Below, one piece after another: positions 7,866-18,943 of a stretch of DNA of 64,000 bases. Within the stretch, counting starts at the first letter, position 1, and every line of letters starts with the position of its first letter. Below the pieces are notes generated by a model. It ran no database searches, was not told the origin of the DNA, and saw nothing but the letters and a program-made list of their open reading frames with translations. The position numbers and the translations under genes are program-made. The DNA comes from Patescibacteria group bacterium (GTDB taxonomy: Bacteria; Patescibacteriota; Patescibacteriia; JBAZBY01): assembly GCA_041671225.1 (NCBI GenBank), contig JBAZBY010000001.1:622940-686939 (forward strand). Direction: 5' to 3'.

Positions 7866-8543
7866 GTGCGGCTCGCACGATATTTAAGCATTGCCGGTGT
7901 TGCAAGTAGGCGTAAGGCCGAAGAGTTGATCACCGCGGGAAAGGTGAAGGTGAACGGAAGCGTGCATCGTGATTTGGGTAAGCAAATAGATCCTGAAAGC
8001 GATGTGGTTGAATACGGCGGGAGAAAGCTCGCGGCAGAAACAAAAGTCTATTATAAGGTGCACAAACCCGTCGGGTATGAATGCACGGTCGGCGGGACAT
8101 ATGCAAAGAAGCGCGTTACCGATCTTGTTCCAGAGACGCCGCGCGTCGTTCCCGTTGGGCGACTCGACAAAGATTCCAGTGGTTTGATGATCCTCACGAA
8201 TGATGGCGACCTCGCGTATGAACTCACCCATCCAAAGTTTGAGCACACAAAGTTGTATGAAGTGACCGTGCAGGAAAAGATGAGCCCGAGCAGCGCAAAA
8301 AAATTATGTTCCGGAGTACATCTTGAAGACGGAACGACTGTCCGTGCAGATGCAGCAACGCTGATCAATCCTCATATGCTTCACATCACGTTACACGAAG
8401 GGAAAAACCGTCAGATTCGTCGCATGCTTGCCGTCTTGCACCTTACGGTCACATCACTTGTTCGTATTCAGGAGGGGAGGATCACGCTTGATGATCTCCC
8501 GCCTGGCGGATATGCTCAGCTCACACGAAGTGATATTCTTTGA
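7866..8543 (+). CDS. rRNA pseudouridine synthase, RsuA/RluB family
   Basis: S4 domain GVASRRKAE, HKPVG, VGRLDKDSSGLMILTNDG, EGKNRQIRRM. Confidence 0.93.
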   Translation: MRLARYLSIAGVASRRKAEELITAGKVKVNGSVHRDLGKQIDPESDVVEYGGRKLAAETKVYYKVHKPVGYECTVGGTYAKKRVTDLVPETPRVVPVGRLDKDSSGLMILTNDGDLAYELTHPKFEHTKLYEVTVQEKMSPSSAKKLCSGVHLEDGTTVRADAATLINPHMLHITLHEGKNRQIRRMLAVLHLTVTSLVRIQEGRITLDDLPPGGYAQLTRSDIL

Positions 8544-8558
8544 TATACTACTTTTTGT

Positions 8559-9194
8559 ATGATATTTGATCTTCTCTTCCAAAATACCCCGCTCTTCTTT
8601 GCAATCGTCTTTGCGTTTGTTGTATCCATCTCTGTGCATGAATTTGCGCATGCATTGACCGCAACGCAGCTTGGCGACCCTACGGCAAAGAATATGGGGC
8701 GGCTGACACTCAATCCTCTTTCGCATATCGATCCCATGGGCATGCTTTTGGTGTTGTTCATTGGTTTTGGCTGGGGGCGTCCCGTGCCATTCAACCCGCT
8801 CAACCTCCGCAATCAGCAGTGGGGTCCAGCATTCATTTCTCTTGCAGGACCAATCACAAACATTGCCATGATGCTGCTTGCTGGTATTGCACTCCGGATA
8901 TTTGGCCCGTCGCTTGGCGCAGAGAATATGCTCGTGTATTTTCTTGTCTTTATGGTGCAACTGAACTTAATTCTTGCCATTTTCAACCTCATTCCTCTCC
9001 CGCCGCTTGATGGTTCCAAGGTGCTTTTTGGCTTTTTACCCAGCAGGTTTTCTCATATTCAAATGACCCTTGAGCGCACAGGTCCACTGGCGCTCTTCGG
9101 CCTCATTCTTGTTGATCGACTTTTACTTGGCGGCGTGATCTTCGGGGGCCTCTTTACCTGGGCTTTTGGCCTCATTGAGGGTCTTTTTCTCTAG
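8559..9194 (+). CDS. Site-2 protease (M50) family membrane metalloprotease
   Basis: [32 protein letters not shown]. Confidence 0.93.
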   Translation: MIFDLLFQNTPLFFAIVFAFVVSISVHEFAHALTATQLGDPTAKNMGRLTLNPLSHIDPMGMLLVLFIGFGWGRPVPFNPLNLRNQQWGPAFISLAGPITNIAMMLLAGIALRIFGPSLGAENMLVYFLVFMVQLNLILAIFNLIPLPPLDGSKVLFGFLPSRFSHIQMTLERTGPLALFGLILVDRLLLGGVIFGGLFTWAFGLIEGLFL

Positions 9195-9207
9195 GAAGTG
9201 CCCTAAG

Positions 9208-9236
9208 TTGACAGCAGAGAGACTGGGTGGTAGTAT
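9208..9236 (+). promoter_or_regulatory. Promoter of the str operon
   Basis: TTGACA-N17-TAGTAT with TG extension. Confidence 0.7.
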
Positions 9237-9315
9237 CCCATCCGGTTTCTCAAGAGCGTGGCGCTCACGTTTTTTAGTCGCTAAAAAGACTTCGCAACTC
9301 GCGAAACGGCTTCAA

Positions 9316-9735
9316 ATGCCAACTATTTCACAGCTCGTCCGTAAAGGACGCACATCAACGAAGGCAAAGTCCGGTACTCCGGCACTGCAAACATCACTGA
9401 ACGCACTGAAGCGCAAACGTGTTGCGCTGAGCAAAGGATCCCCATTTAAACGCGGGGTCTGCGTCAAAGTGACCACTTCAACACCAAAGAAGCCGAACTC
9501 AGCTCTTCGGAAGATCGCTCGTGTTCGCCTTTCAAATGGGCAGGAAGTCACCGCGTATATCCCCGGTATGGGGCATAACCTTCAGGAACACTCCGTTGTG
9601 CTCGTTCGTGGCGGACGCGTGAAGGATCTTCCAGGCGTACGCTATACTGTGGTTCGTGGTGTGTATGATACGCAGGGCGTGGAAGGTCGTAAGCAGAGCC
9701 GTTCTCAATACGGCGCGAAGAAGCCAAAGGAATAA
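9316..9735 (+). CDS. rpsL: 30S ribosomal protein S12
   Basis: [32 protein letters not shown]. Confidence 0.98.
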   Translation: MPTISQLVRKGRTSTKAKSGTPALQTSLNALKRKRVALSKGSPFKRGVCVKVTTSTPKKPNSALRKIARVRLSNGQEVTAYIPGMGHNLQEHSVVLVRGGRVKDLPGVRYTVVRGVYDTQGVEGRKQSRSQYGAKKPKE

Positions 9736-9738
9736 CAC

Positions 9739-10203
9739 ATGCGCGGTAAACCAGCACCAAAACGGGTTACAACCCCGGACGCAAAATACCATAATGTAAC
9801 GGTTTCCAAGTTCATCAATAAGTTGATGTACGGGGGCAAGAAATCTGTTGCTGAAGGCGTTGTCTACGATGCCTTTGCATTGATCGAGAAGCGAACCAAG
9901 AAGGATCCTCTCGAGGTTTTTGAACAGGCTATTCAGATGATCTCACCATCTTTGGAAGTAAAGTCCCGCCGCGTTGGAGGCTCAAACTACCAGATTCCTA
10001 TTGAAGTGCGCGGTGATCGAAAGATCGCGCTTGCAATGCGCTGGATTCTTGAGGCTTCACGCAAGAAGAAGGGAAAAGCGATGTCAGAATGCCTCGCTGA
10101 GGAAATTGTTGCTGCAACTGAGAAACAAGGCGACGCTTGGAAGAAGCGCGAAGATGTCCACCGCATGGCAGACGCCAACCGAGCATTTGCTCATTTTGCT
10201 TAA
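9739..10203 (+). CDS. rpsG: 30S ribosomal protein S7
   Basis: [34 protein letters not shown]. Confidence 0.98.
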   Translation: MRGKPAPKRVTTPDAKYHNVTVSKFINKLMYGGKKSVAEGVVYDAFALIEKRTKKDPLEVFEQAIQMISPSLEVKSRRVGGSNYQIPIEVRGDRKIALAMRWILEASRKKKGKAMSECLAEEIVAATEKQGDAWKKREDVHRMADANRAFAHFA

Positions 10204-10208
10204 GACCA

Positions 10209-12305
10209 ATGGCAGAATCAACTGTAGCACGAGATTATCCATTAGACCGCGTCCGTAACATCGGAATCATCGCACATATTGATGCTGGGAAGACAACGGT
10301 CACCGAGCGAATTCTTTTTTATACCGGCAAAAAGCACAAGATCGGCGAAGTGCACGAAGGCAAAGCAGAAATGGACTGGATGGAACAGGAACGCGAACGC
10401 GGTATCACTATTACCTCTGCTGCAACAACGTGTTTTTGGAATAAGCACCGCATCAATATTATTGATACGCCGGGTCACATTGATTTTACGGTTGAAGTGC
10501 AGCGGAGTTTGCGCGTTTTGGATGGCGGCGTGGTGGTTTTTGATGGCGTTGCGGGCGTAGAGCCGCAGTCCGAGACGGTGTGGCATCAGGCAGACAAGTT
10601 CAATGTGCCGCGCATTTGTTTTATCAATAAGATGGATCGTACCGGCGCAGATTTTTACTTCGACCTTGATTCCATTGCAGAGCGCCTGACAAAAAAAGCG
10701 CACCCCCTACAATTACCCATTGGCGCTGCCGAGACATTCACTGGTTTGGTGGATCTTTTTGAACGTAAAGCGCGTATTTATAAAGACGAAGACGGAAAAG
10801 AATGGGAAGATGCAGACGTACCAGAGGACATGAAGGAAAAAGTTGAAGCGTACCGCGCAAAACTCGTTGAGGCGATTGTGGAACACGATGAAGCACTCAT
10901 GAGCGCTTATCTTGAAGGGAATGAACCTTCAATCCCAGATCTCAAAAAAACACTTCGCAAAGCAGTGATTGCAAATGAGCTTATCCCAGTTTTTTGCGGT
11001 TCTGCGCTAAAAAATAAAGGTGTGCAATTTTTGATGGATGCAGTCAATGATTATCTTCCAAGCCCTCTCGACGTGCCACCGGTTGCAGGTACGGATCCGG
11101 ATGATTTTGAAAAGAAGTTGACCCGCAAGACCAATGAAGATGAGCCGTTTACTGCATTAGCGTTCAAAATTGCAGCAGATCCTTTTGTTGGTAAGCTGGC
11201 GTTTTTCCGCGTATATGCAGGGACACTCCACGCAGGATCCTATGTGTATAACCCACGTACCCGTAAGAAGGAACGCATTGGTCGCATTGTTCGTTTGCAC
11301 GCAAACAGCCGCGAAGAAGTAGACGTTGTCTATGCCGGTGAAATTGCTGCCGCAGTGGGACTCAAAGAAACCGTGACCGGAGACACGATCTGTGACCCAG
11401 ACCATCCTATTCTCCTTGAATCGATTCAGTTTCCTGAGCCGGTTATTGCGGTTGCGATTGAGCCAAAGACGAAGCAAGACCAGGAAAAAATGGGCGTTGC
11501 ACTTTCGAAGCTTGTTGAAGAAGATCCAACCTTCCGCGTGAAGGCGGATTCAGAAACAGGTGAGACGGTCATCTCTGGTATGGGCGAACTTCATCTTGAT
11601 ATCATTGTGGATCGCATGAAGCGCGAATATAAAGTGGAAGCAAATGTTGGTAAACCACAAGTGGCATATCGTGAAACAATTCGTAAGGAGGCAGAAGCAC
11701 AAGGCAAGTACATCAAACAGAGCGGTGGTCGTGGTCAGTATGGCGACTGTCATATCCGCGTTGAGCCATTGCCAACGGGTGGAGGATTTGAATTTGTTGA
11801 TGCTGTGAAGGGTGGCGTTATTCCTCAGGAGTACATCCCAGCAGTGCGCAAAGGTATTGAAGAATCACTCGATAATGGCGTCGTTGCCGGGTATCGGATG
11901 ATTGATGTGAAGGCAACGCTCTACGATGGTTCGTACCATGACGTGGACTCTTCTGAAGCCGCATTTAAGATCGCTGGTTCCATGGCATTTAAGGAAGCAT
12001 CGCGGCGCGCAAAACCGATACTGCTTGAACCAATCATGGCAGTGGAAGTGATCACCCCGGAACAGTATATGGGTGATGTGATAGGCGATATCAACTCCAA
12101 GCGCGGTCAGGTTGAAGAAATGCGTGACCGTGGCGCTGGTAAGGTGATCGATGCAAAGGTGCCGCTTGCTGAACTCTTTGGATACGCAACGCAGCTTCGT
12201 TCTATGACGCAAGGCCGCGCATCATATTCCATGGAATTCCATGAATATCAGGAAGTGCCGGGAAATGTGGCCAAGGAGATTGCCGGCGATACCACAAAGG
12301 CGTAA
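10209..12305 (+). CDS. fusA: Elongation factor G
   Basis: [49 protein letters not shown]. Confidence 0.98.
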   Translation: MAESTVARDYPLDRVRNIGIIAHIDAGKTTVTERILFYTGKKHKIGEVHEGKAEMDWMEQERERGITITSAATTCFWNKHRINIIDTPGHIDFTVEVQRSLRVLDGGVVVFDGVAGVEPQSETVWHQADKFNVPRICFINKMDRTGADFYFDLDSIAERLTKKAHPLQLPIGAAETFTGLVDLFERKARIYKDEDGKEWEDADVPEDMKEKVEAYRAKLVEAIVEHDEALMSAYLEGNEPSIPDLKKTLRKAVIANELIPVFCGSALKNKGVQFLMDAVNDYLPSPLDVPPVAGTDPDDFEKKLTRKTNEDEPFTALAFKIAADPFVGKLAFFRVYAGTLHAGSYVYNPRTRKKERIGRIVRLHANSREEVDVVYAGEIAAAVGLKETVTGDTICDPDHPILLESIQFPEPVIAVAIEPKTKQDQEKMGVALSKLVEEDPTFRVKADSETGETVISGMGELHLDIIVDRMKREYKVEANVGKPQVAYRETIRKEAEAQGKYIKQSGGRGQYGDCHIRVEPLPTGGGFEFVDAVKGGVIPQEYIPAVRKGIEESLDNGVVAGYRMIDVKATLYDGSYHDVDSSEAAFKIAGSMAFKEASRRAKPILLEPIMAVEVITPEQYMGDVIGDINSKRGQVEEMRDRGAGKVIDAKVPLAELFGYATQLRSMTQGRASYSMEFHEYQEVPGNVAKEIAGDTTKA

Positions 12306-12314
12306 ACTACCTGC

Positions 12315-13664
12315 ATGGAAGCTCAGGGGAAGGACAACGCACAACAAGGAAGGATTTCTGTCTGGACGATTTCAACCATCGTACTTTTTGTGTTGTTGAT
12401 CGCCGGCCTACTGTATTGGGCGAGCATCACGCGAAAATCTTTGGCGCCTGCATTTAGCCGTAACGATATTGCTTTTACAGAACAAGACGCACTACCCGCG
12501 ACCATTGTTGATGATCAAAGCTTTTTGGGAGAAGATCCACGCTTGGTCTTTGCTGAGCGCACAGTTATTGGCTTTGATGCACAGGGAAATGGTCGTTATC
12601 ATACACGCCTTTTTCAATCTGATCGCTCCGGCGAACGCCTCTTTTCGTTTTATGAAACAGAGGATATTACTTTTGAGCAGCTCTCTCCGTACACCGATCA
12701 GTATCTTGTGATTCATTCCGCGTTGCTTGGTACGGATCCACAAGTAATCAACTATTCTGGAGAGCCCGCCGAGGATATTTTTGTTCCAGAGAGTATTGGT
12801 AATCTTTTTTCCGAGATCTTCTCTGCTGATGGGAATAAGCTTGCCTATATTGATTTTGGTGATGCGAATTATGGTACCGATGAATTGGAAGTGATTACTG
12901 AAACGAGTATTGTTGTTCGTGATAGTGCTACTGGTGAAGAAATAAGCGTACCAACGAGCATCTTCACGCATGGGGATATTCAGTACGCGCGTTTCTTCCT
13001 TCGAGCATTTTCTGATGACAATGCAATTCTCTACCTCTCAGCAGTCTGGCCTGGGCAGGAATTTGGCGATCCGGAATCACTTTTTGCCGTTGATTGGGCA
13101 GCGGGTACCGCGCAAGAACTTGTTTATTCCTCGCTCGAAGACCTTGGCGCAGAACAAGTATTAGAGCTCGTCGGTGTTTATCCAGAACATGGATTTGCGC
13201 TTTTTAATCGTGGCCCGCTCATTCCAGAGAGTGATGGAGGCCTCATTGACCGCGTCCGCTTGGAACGTTTTGATTTGGCGACTCAGGAAATGACCACGGT
13301 GTATGAAGAGGGTAGTGGCAGTATTTCAAATCTCATTCAAGACCCGCTTTCTCCGGATGGAACCCGTATTGTTGTAGAAAATGACCAAATTTCCGGAGGT
13401 TTTACCGTTGTGGACATTTTGACGAATGAGGTTTTACCCGTCGCTGAGAAGGGGGTATTTATGGGTTGGGCAGGAGATCGTAATCACCTCGTCTATGAGA
13501 TCCGCATGGATGATCCAAATGAAGGGAAGCCTTTTATTACACTGAAATCCGTCGATTTATCAAGCGGGAGTATTTTTGAAGTGTATCGCCAAACAGTTCT
13601 TCAAGAAGGCACTGGCCTGAACAAGGAAGGTGATATTCTCTACAGCTATATTACTACGAACTAA
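12315..13664 (+). CDS. Membrane-anchored acidic extracellular protein, possibly a beta-propeller
   Basis: N-terminal TM helix; FSADGNKLAY, LSPDGTRIV and GWAGDRNHLVY resemble TolB/WD-like blades. Confidence 0.6.
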   Translation: MEAQGKDNAQQGRISVWTISTIVLFVLLIAGLLYWASITRKSLAPAFSRNDIAFTEQDALPATIVDDQSFLGEDPRLVFAERTVIGFDAQGNGRYHTRLFQSDRSGERLFSFYETEDITFEQLSPYTDQYLVIHSALLGTDPQVINYSGEPAEDIFVPESIGNLFSEIFSADGNKLAYIDFGDANYGTDELEVITETSIVVRDSATGEEISVPTSIFTHGDIQYARFFLRAFSDDNAILYLSAVWPGQEFGDPESLFAVDWAAGTAQELVYSSLEDLGAEQVLELVGVYPEHGFALFNRGPLIPESDGGLIDRVRLERFDLATQEMTTVYEEGSGSISNLIQDPLSPDGTRIVVENDQISGGFTVVDILTNEVLPVAEKGVFMGWAGDRNHLVYEIRMDDPNEGKPFITLKSVDLSSGSIFEVYRQTVLQEGTGLNKEGDILYSYITTN

Positions 13665-13729
13665 TTTGGCTAATATTAGCTAGAAGTTTGGTTTTAAGCG
13701 CTGTACACAAAGAAAAGAGGTATGAGCCC

Positions 13730-13758
13730 TTGCAATAGCACAGCCTCCCTGCTATACT
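13730..13758 (+). promoter_or_regulatory. Promoter upstream of tuf
   Basis: TTGCAA-N17-TATACT. Confidence 0.65.
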
Positions 13759-13877
13759 GGGCACTGCCTCAATTTTCGAAAATGTCGGAAAATCGGGGCT
13801 AAATCAATTATCAATACACACTGACACTGCATTCTGCAGCGTACGTGAAGTAATAAGCGTAAGTATTCACCAACGTT

Positions 13878-15059
13878 ATGGCAAAGTACGAACGAAATAA
13901 GCCGCATGTGAACGTCGGAACCATTGGTCACGTTGACCACGGTAAGACAACGCTCACCGCTGCAATTCTCAAAACCCTTGGCGACAAGGGCTTTATCGCG
14001 CAGTCAAAGGGAGTGGATGAAATTGACGCGGCTCCAGAAGAAAAGGAGCGCGGAATTACCATTGCTACTGCTCACGTCGAATATGAAACAGCAGCGCGTC
14101 ATTATGCGCACGTTGACTGTCCTGGACACGCAGACTATGTGAAGAACATGATCACCGGTGCTGCACAGATGGACGGTGCAATTCTCGTCGTATCCGCTGC
14201 TGACGGCCCAATGCCGCAGACACGTGAACACATTCTTCTGGCGTACCAAGTCGGTGTGCCTTCTATTGTGGTTTTCCTGAATAAGGTTGACCAAGTAGAT
14301 GACCAAGAACTCATTGATCTTGTTGAAGTTGAAGTTCGTGATCTTCTGAAGAAGTATCACTACGATGGCGACAATGTGCCGGTTATTCGTGGTTCTGCTC
14401 TTAAAGCACTTGAAGGCGATGCGGCAAACCAGGATAAGGTTATGGAACTCATGAAGGCATTGGATGAGAGCATTCCACAGCCAGAGCGTCCCGTTGACCA
14501 GCCCTTCCTTATGCCGATTGAAGATATTTTCTCCATTGAAGGTCGCGGTACTGTTGTCACTGGCCGTATTGAACGCGGTGTTATTAAAATCAACGAGGAA
14601 GTTGAAATTGTGGGTCTTCACGACACCACCAAGACCGTTGTTACTGGTATTGAAATGTTCAATAAAGAACTTGATCAAGGTCAGGCTGGCGATAATGCTG
14701 GTGTACTGATTCGCGGCACAAAGAAGGAAGATGTTGAACGCGGTCAGGTACTTGCAAAGCCAGGTACGATCACTCCACACACTGAATTTGACGCAGAAGT
14801 GTATGTGCTTACCAAAGAAGAAGGTGGACGACACACCCCATTCTTTAAAGGGTACAAACCACAGTTCTATATTCGTACCACAGATGTTACGGGTGAGGTA
14901 GAACTTCAAGAAGGTACAGAAATGGTTATGCCAGGTGATACCACTAATGTGAAGATCAAGCTCGTTGCACCGATTGCACTTGAAGAGAAGCAGCGCTTCG
15001 CTATCCGCGAAGGCGGGCACACTGTTGGCGCTGGTGTTGTGACCAAGATCACTAAATAA
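13878..15059 (+). CDS. tuf: Elongation factor Tu
   Basis: [35 protein letters not shown]. Confidence 0.99.
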   Translation: MAKYERNKPHVNVGTIGHVDHGKTTLTAAILKTLGDKGFIAQSKGVDEIDAAPEEKERGITIATAHVEYETAARHYAHVDCPGHADYVKNMITGAAQMDGAILVVSAADGPMPQTREHILLAYQVGVPSIVVFLNKVDQVDDQELIDLVEVEVRDLLKKYHYDGDNVPVIRGSALKALEGDAANQDKVMELMKALDESIPQPERPVDQPFLMPIEDIFSIEGRGTVVTGRIERGVIKINEEVEIVGLHDTTKTVVTGIEMFNKELDQGQAGDNAGVLIRGTKKEDVERGQVLAKPGTITPHTEFDAEVYVLTKEEGGRHTPFFKGYKPQFYIRTTDVTGEVELQEGTEMVMPGDTTNVKIKLVAPIALEEKQRFAIREGGHTVGAGVVTKITK

Positions 15060-15086
15060 GTACATCATTCCGAATTCTCGCTCCTT

Positions 15087-15452
15087 ATGACCACAACCGC
15101 AAAGAAATCCGGCAGTACATCAGGCAAGTCTGATAAACCGGAAGTACCACAACAGCGAGTTCGGATTCGCATTCGCGCATACGACCATAAAATAATCGAT
15201 CAGTCGACAAAGACGATCGTTGAGACAGTTGAGCGGACTGGGGCACAAATCAAAGGACCAGTGCCCCTTCCGACGGAGAAGAAGAAGTACACGGTGATTC
15301 GCTCCGCATTTGTTCACAAGAATTCTCGTGAGCAATATGAGATGCGAATTCACAAGCGACTTATCGATATTCTCGAGCCAACTGCCAAGACCGTTGACGC
15401 CCTCACCAATTTGAACCTTCCCTCGGGCGTGGACGTCGAAATTAAAATGTAA
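15087..15452 (+). CDS. rpsJ: 30S ribosomal protein S10 (N-terminal extension)
   Basis: [32 protein letters not shown]. Confidence 0.97.
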   Translation: MTTTAKKSGSTSGKSDKPEVPQQRVRIRIRAYDHKIIDQSTKTIVETVERTGAQIKGPVPLPTEKKKYTVIRSAFVHKNSREQYEMRIHKRLIDILEPTAKTVDALTNLNLPSGVDVEIKM

Positions 15453-15588
15453 CAATTCTGTCGAATAGGTTCCTGGGATGATAGTACGAGTATCTGTAAC
15501 GAGTTAATCCCAAGATAACGATTCGCCTCATGAACACTGCGGCACTTCGCCGTATGCGACTGGGCGGGTCCCCAGTTTTTTTGAAGAT

Positions 15589-16194
15589 ATGAAATTTCTT
15601 CTCGGTAAAAAAAAGGAGATGACACGCATTTTTGAAGACGACGGAACGGTCGTCCCTGTTACTGTTGTTACCGCAGGTCCGTGTACCGTAACGCTGGTGA
15701 GAACGCTGGAAAAAGATGGCGTGAACGCCGTACAGATTGGTTTTGGCGTTAAAAAGAAACTCGGCAAGCAGCAGGCAGGGCATTTGAAGAACCTTCCCCA
15801 GCATCCGACGCTGCAGGAATTTCATATTGAAAAGCCAGAAGACTTTGAGCGCGGCAAAACCTTGGATGTAACACAGTTTGAGAAGGGTGATGCCGTGAAG
15901 GTGATTGGAACGAGCAAGGGTCGTGGATTTGCAGGTGTGGTAAGGCGGCATGGTTTTAAAGGAACACGGGCAACGCACGGTAATAAAGATCAGCTGCGTA
16001 TGCCTGGTTCTATCGGTGCAACAGATCCTGCGCGCGTATTCAAAGGGACGCGCATGGGCGGCCGCATGGGTGGCGAGCAGGTGACGCAACCGCATCTTCG
16101 TATTGTCGGTGTGAACCCGGAAAAGCATGAGCTTCTTATTTCTGGTGCTGTTCCGGGTGCACGCAACAGCCTTCTCACCATTGTCAGCGAATAG
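15589..16194 (+). CDS. rplC: 50S ribosomal protein L3
   Basis: GKKKEMT, PVTVV, SKGRGFAGVVRRHGF, GAVPG. Confidence 0.97.
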   Translation: MKFLLGKKKEMTRIFEDDGTVVPVTVVTAGPCTVTLVRTLEKDGVNAVQIGFGVKKKLGKQQAGHLKNLPQHPTLQEFHIEKPEDFERGKTLDVTQFEKGDAVKVIGTSKGRGFAGVVRRHGFKGTRATHGNKDQLRMPGSIGATDPARVFKGTRMGGRMGGEQVTQPHLRIVGVNPEKHELLISGAVPGARNSLLTIVSE

Positions 16195-16195
16195 T

Positions 16196-16825
16196 ATGAA
16201 GGCACCACTTTTTAACATGCAAGGAGAAAAGACCGGCGAGACAGAGCTTGATGCGGCGGTGTTTGAGGTTGTGGTTATACCAGAACTTGTGCAGCAGGCG
16301 ATTGAGACGCAGAATGCAAATCGTCGCGTTGTTCATGCGCATACCAAACTTCGTTCAGAAGTTTCTGGTGGTGGCAAGAAGCCATGGCGCCAAAAGGGCA
16401 CTGGTCGCGCTCGGCATGGTTCCTCCCGATCTCCTCTTTGGGCCGGCGGCGGTGTGACATTTGGACCGCGCAATGATTACAATCCATCAAAGAAAATCAA
16501 TATCAAAGCGCGCCGCAAGGCATTACTTGGCGTGCTCAGTGAAAAAGCAAAGAATGGCTCTGTTGTGGTGATAGAAAAGCTTGCAATGGAAACATCAAAG
16601 ACAAAGGATCTCACAAGTCTTATCGCAAAACTTCCGGGTAAAGCCCCAACACTTGTGATTATGCCAGCGGCGTCGCGTCGCATTGCACTTGCTGCGCGTA
16701 ATGTGCAAAAACTTGAGACAATACTTGCAAACTCCCTGAATGTTCGCGATGTGCTGAAGGCACAGCGCCTCGTGATTGCTCAGGAGAGTCTTCAGAAGAT
16801 CCGCGATACCTACGCTAAGGCTTAA
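16196..16825 (+). CDS. rplD: 50S ribosomal protein L4
   Basis: EVSGGGKKPWRQKGTGRARHGS. Confidence 0.97.
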   Translation: MKAPLFNMQGEKTGETELDAAVFEVVVIPELVQQAIETQNANRRVVHAHTKLRSEVSGGGKKPWRQKGTGRARHGSSRSPLWAGGGVTFGPRNDYNPSKKINIKARRKALLGVLSEKAKNGSVVVIEKLAMETSKTKDLTSLIAKLPGKAPTLVIMPAASRRIALAARNVQKLETILANSLNVRDVLKAQRLVIAQESLQKIRDTYAKA

Positions 16826-16829
16826 TACT

Positions 16830-17348
16830 ATGGGTATCTTTGAACGATTTCGCTCTCAGAAGGGCAAGCAAGAAAAACGCAAACATCTGACCGACCAGAA
16901 GCATGTGGCAGACGATGCAAAAAAGCAAACATTTAAGAATGTTCCTTCTGCTGGCAGTGAAAAGAATACAAAAGAAGAAAAACCTGCGAAGGATGCGGAG
17001 AAGAGCAGTGAGAAGTCCCGCGGAGCGGGATCCGGCTCTGCCGGAAAAAAAGTCGTGCGTATCACCGGTTCCGCGTATCGCGTTCTCATGAAGCCACTGG
17101 TAACGGAAAAAAGTAATGACCTTTCGTCCCGTGGGCAATATCTGTTTGCGGTTCATACAGAGGCAAACAAGCTAGAAATTGCAGCAGCGGTTGAAAAGGT
17201 GTATGGTGTGCGACCACGTCGTGTACATGTACAACGCATGCGCGGCAAACAGGTTCGTTACGGTCGCAGCAGCGGCGTTACTTCTCAGTGGAAGAAGGCA
17301 ATTGTAACCCTGCCAGAAGGTAAAAGTATTGATGTTTTTGAAGGGTAA
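16830..17348 (+). CDS. rplW: 50S ribosomal protein L23 with a long Lys-rich N-terminal extension
   Basis: PLVTEKS, ANKLEI, WKKAIVTL; position between rplD and rplB. Confidence 0.95.
   Translation: MGIFERFRSQKGKQEKRKHLTDQKHVADDAKKQTFKNVPSAGSEKNTKEEKPAKDAEKSSEKSRGAGSGSAGKKVVRITGSAYRVLMKPLVTEKSNDLSSRGQYLFAVHTEANKLEIAAAVEKVYGVRPRRVHVQRMRGKQVRYGRSSGVTSQWKKAIVTLPEGKSIDVFEG
17016..17045. repeat. 30-nt double-hairpin palindrome in frame within rplW
   Basis: TCCCGC-GGA-GCGGGA TCCGGC-TCT-GCCGGA; encodes SRGAGSGSAG. Confidence 0.8.
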
Positions 17349-17350
17349 AT

Positions 17351-18190
17351 ATGGGATTTGTTAAGCAATACAAGGCAACCACTCCGGGACGACGCTTTGC
17401 AAGCGTGCTGAAAACAGGCACAACAAAGAAGGGTCCAGAGAAAAAACTCATCTCACCATTGAAGAGGAATGCTGGCCGTGGCAGTTCTGGAAAAATTTCC
17501 GTCCGACATCGTGGCGGAGGCGCAAAGCGTATGTACCGCACTGTGGACTTTAAACAGATGCGTTATGATGAAAAAGCAACAGTACTCGCGATTGAATATG
17601 ATCCAAATCGCACTGCAAATATCGCTCTCATTCAGTATGAAGATGGAACAAAATCATATATTTTAGCACCAGAAGGATTGGAACAGGGAGCAACGGTCGT
17701 GAGTTCTCAGAAGCAAATCGCAATCATCGCAGGCAATCGCACCACATTAGAGAATATTCCAGCAGGATTGTTTGTCATGAATATTGAGCTGAAGCCGGGT
17801 CAGGGTGGCATTCTCGCACGCTCCGCAGGTACGCAGGTCCAACTCATGGTGATTGAGGGTAAGCATGCACATTTGAAGATGCCGTCCGGAGAAATGCGGA
17901 TGGTGCCAAAAGAAGCAATGGCGACCATCGGGCAGGTTTCGAATATCGCACATAATAGGGTTCGTCTTGGAAAAGCCGGACGTATGCGACACTTAGGATT
18001 CCGCCCGACGGTTCGCGGTAAGGCAATGAACCCAGTGGATCACCCACATGGTGGCGGTGAAGGTAATACGCCTATTGGACTCAAATATCCAAAGACTCCA
18101 TGGGGAAAGCATGCACTTGGTGTCAAAACACGTCGCAAGCATAAGAAATCTGAAGCGCTGATTCTCCAGCGCCGCAAACGAAGGAAGTAA
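17351..18190 (+). CDS. rplB: 50S ribosomal protein L2
   Basis: [31 protein letters not shown]. Confidence 0.98.
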   Translation: MGFVKQYKATTPGRRFASVLKTGTTKKGPEKKLISPLKRNAGRGSSGKISVRHRGGGAKRMYRTVDFKQMRYDEKATVLAIEYDPNRTANIALIQYEDGTKSYILAPEGLEQGATVVSSQKQIAIIAGNRTTLENIPAGLFVMNIELKPGQGGILARSAGTQVQLMVIEGKHAHLKMPSGEMRMVPKEAMATIGQVSNIAHNRVRLGKAGRMRHLGFRPTVRGKAMNPVDHPHGGGEGNTPIGLKYPKTPWGKHALGVKTRRKHKKSEALILQRRKRRK

Positions 18191-18191
18191 T

Positions 18192-18509
18192 ATGTCACGC
18201 TCACTTAAAAAAGGTCCATTTACTGATGAAAAACTTCTCAAGAAGGTCATGAACGCAAAGAAGGGCGAAGTTATTAAGACATGGTCACGCTCAAGCGTTA
18301 TTACTCCAGAAATGGTTGGCCACACTTTTGGTGTTCATAATGGGAAAGATCACATTCAGGTTTTTGTTGTTGAAAATATGGTTGGGTATAAACTTGGTGA
18401 ATTTTCCCTCACGCGAAAGTTTGTGCGCCATGGTGGTAAGATCCAGAAAGAAGCAGAGCAGGCAGCAGCGCGCATTGCAGAAGATGCCTCAAAGAAGGAA
18501 ACAAAATAA
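18192..18509 (+). CDS. rpsS: 30S ribosomal protein S19
   Basis: [25 protein letters not shown]. Confidence 0.98.
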   Translation: MSRSLKKGPFTDEKLLKKVMNAKKGEVIKTWSRSSVITPEMVGHTFGVHNGKDHIQVFVVENMVGYKLGEFSLTRKFVRHGGKIQKEAEQAAARIAEDASKKETK

Positions 18510-18512
18510 TCT

Positions 18513-18941
18513 ATGGATGTTCAGGCAACACATAAGTTTCTCCGCATGTCGCCCCGCAAGGTTCGCCTTGTTGCGGCCAGCGTGAAAGGTCTTTCTGCGC
18601 GACACGCAGGGGAGCAGCTTGCGCATAGCCAAAAGGCCGCAGGGGAACCATTACTGAGAGTACTAAAATCAGCTATTGCAAATGCAAAGCAAAATCATCA
18701 GATTGAAGAAGAGGCGCTGACAGTCAAAAATTTTCTTATTACTGCGGGCCCAGTCCTCAAACGCTTTCAACCTCGCGCATATGGCCGCGCATCCGCAATC
18801 CATAAACGCACTTCTCATGTCACTGTCATTCTTAATGCACCAGAGAAGCCAAAGATAGCAACAAAATCAGAAAAGCCTGCGAAGGAAGCAAAGAAAGAAA
18901 CGGCAAAAGAGAACAAGAAGCTTGAAGCAACCAAGAAATAA
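18513..18941 (+). CDS. rplV: 50S ribosomal protein L22
   Basis: RMSPRKVRLV, SAIANA, PRAYGRA, KRTSH. Confidence 0.97.
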   Translation: MDVQATHKFLRMSPRKVRLVAASVKGLSARHAGEQLAHSQKAAGEPLLRVLKSAIANAKQNHQIEEEALTVKNFLITAGPVLKRFQPRAYGRASAIHKRTSHVTVILNAPEKPKIATKSEKPAKEAKKETAKENKKLEATKK

Positions 18942-18943
18942 TT

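Noticed and set aside
14004-15068. 354-aa minus-strand ORF
   Set aside because: Antisense to tuf, a common artefact of biased codon usage.
15495-15523. Third ECF promoter (TGTAAC-N18-CGATT) in the rpsJ-rplC spacer
   Set aside because: The spacer is longer than in the two other copies and the context is unexpected; likely chance.
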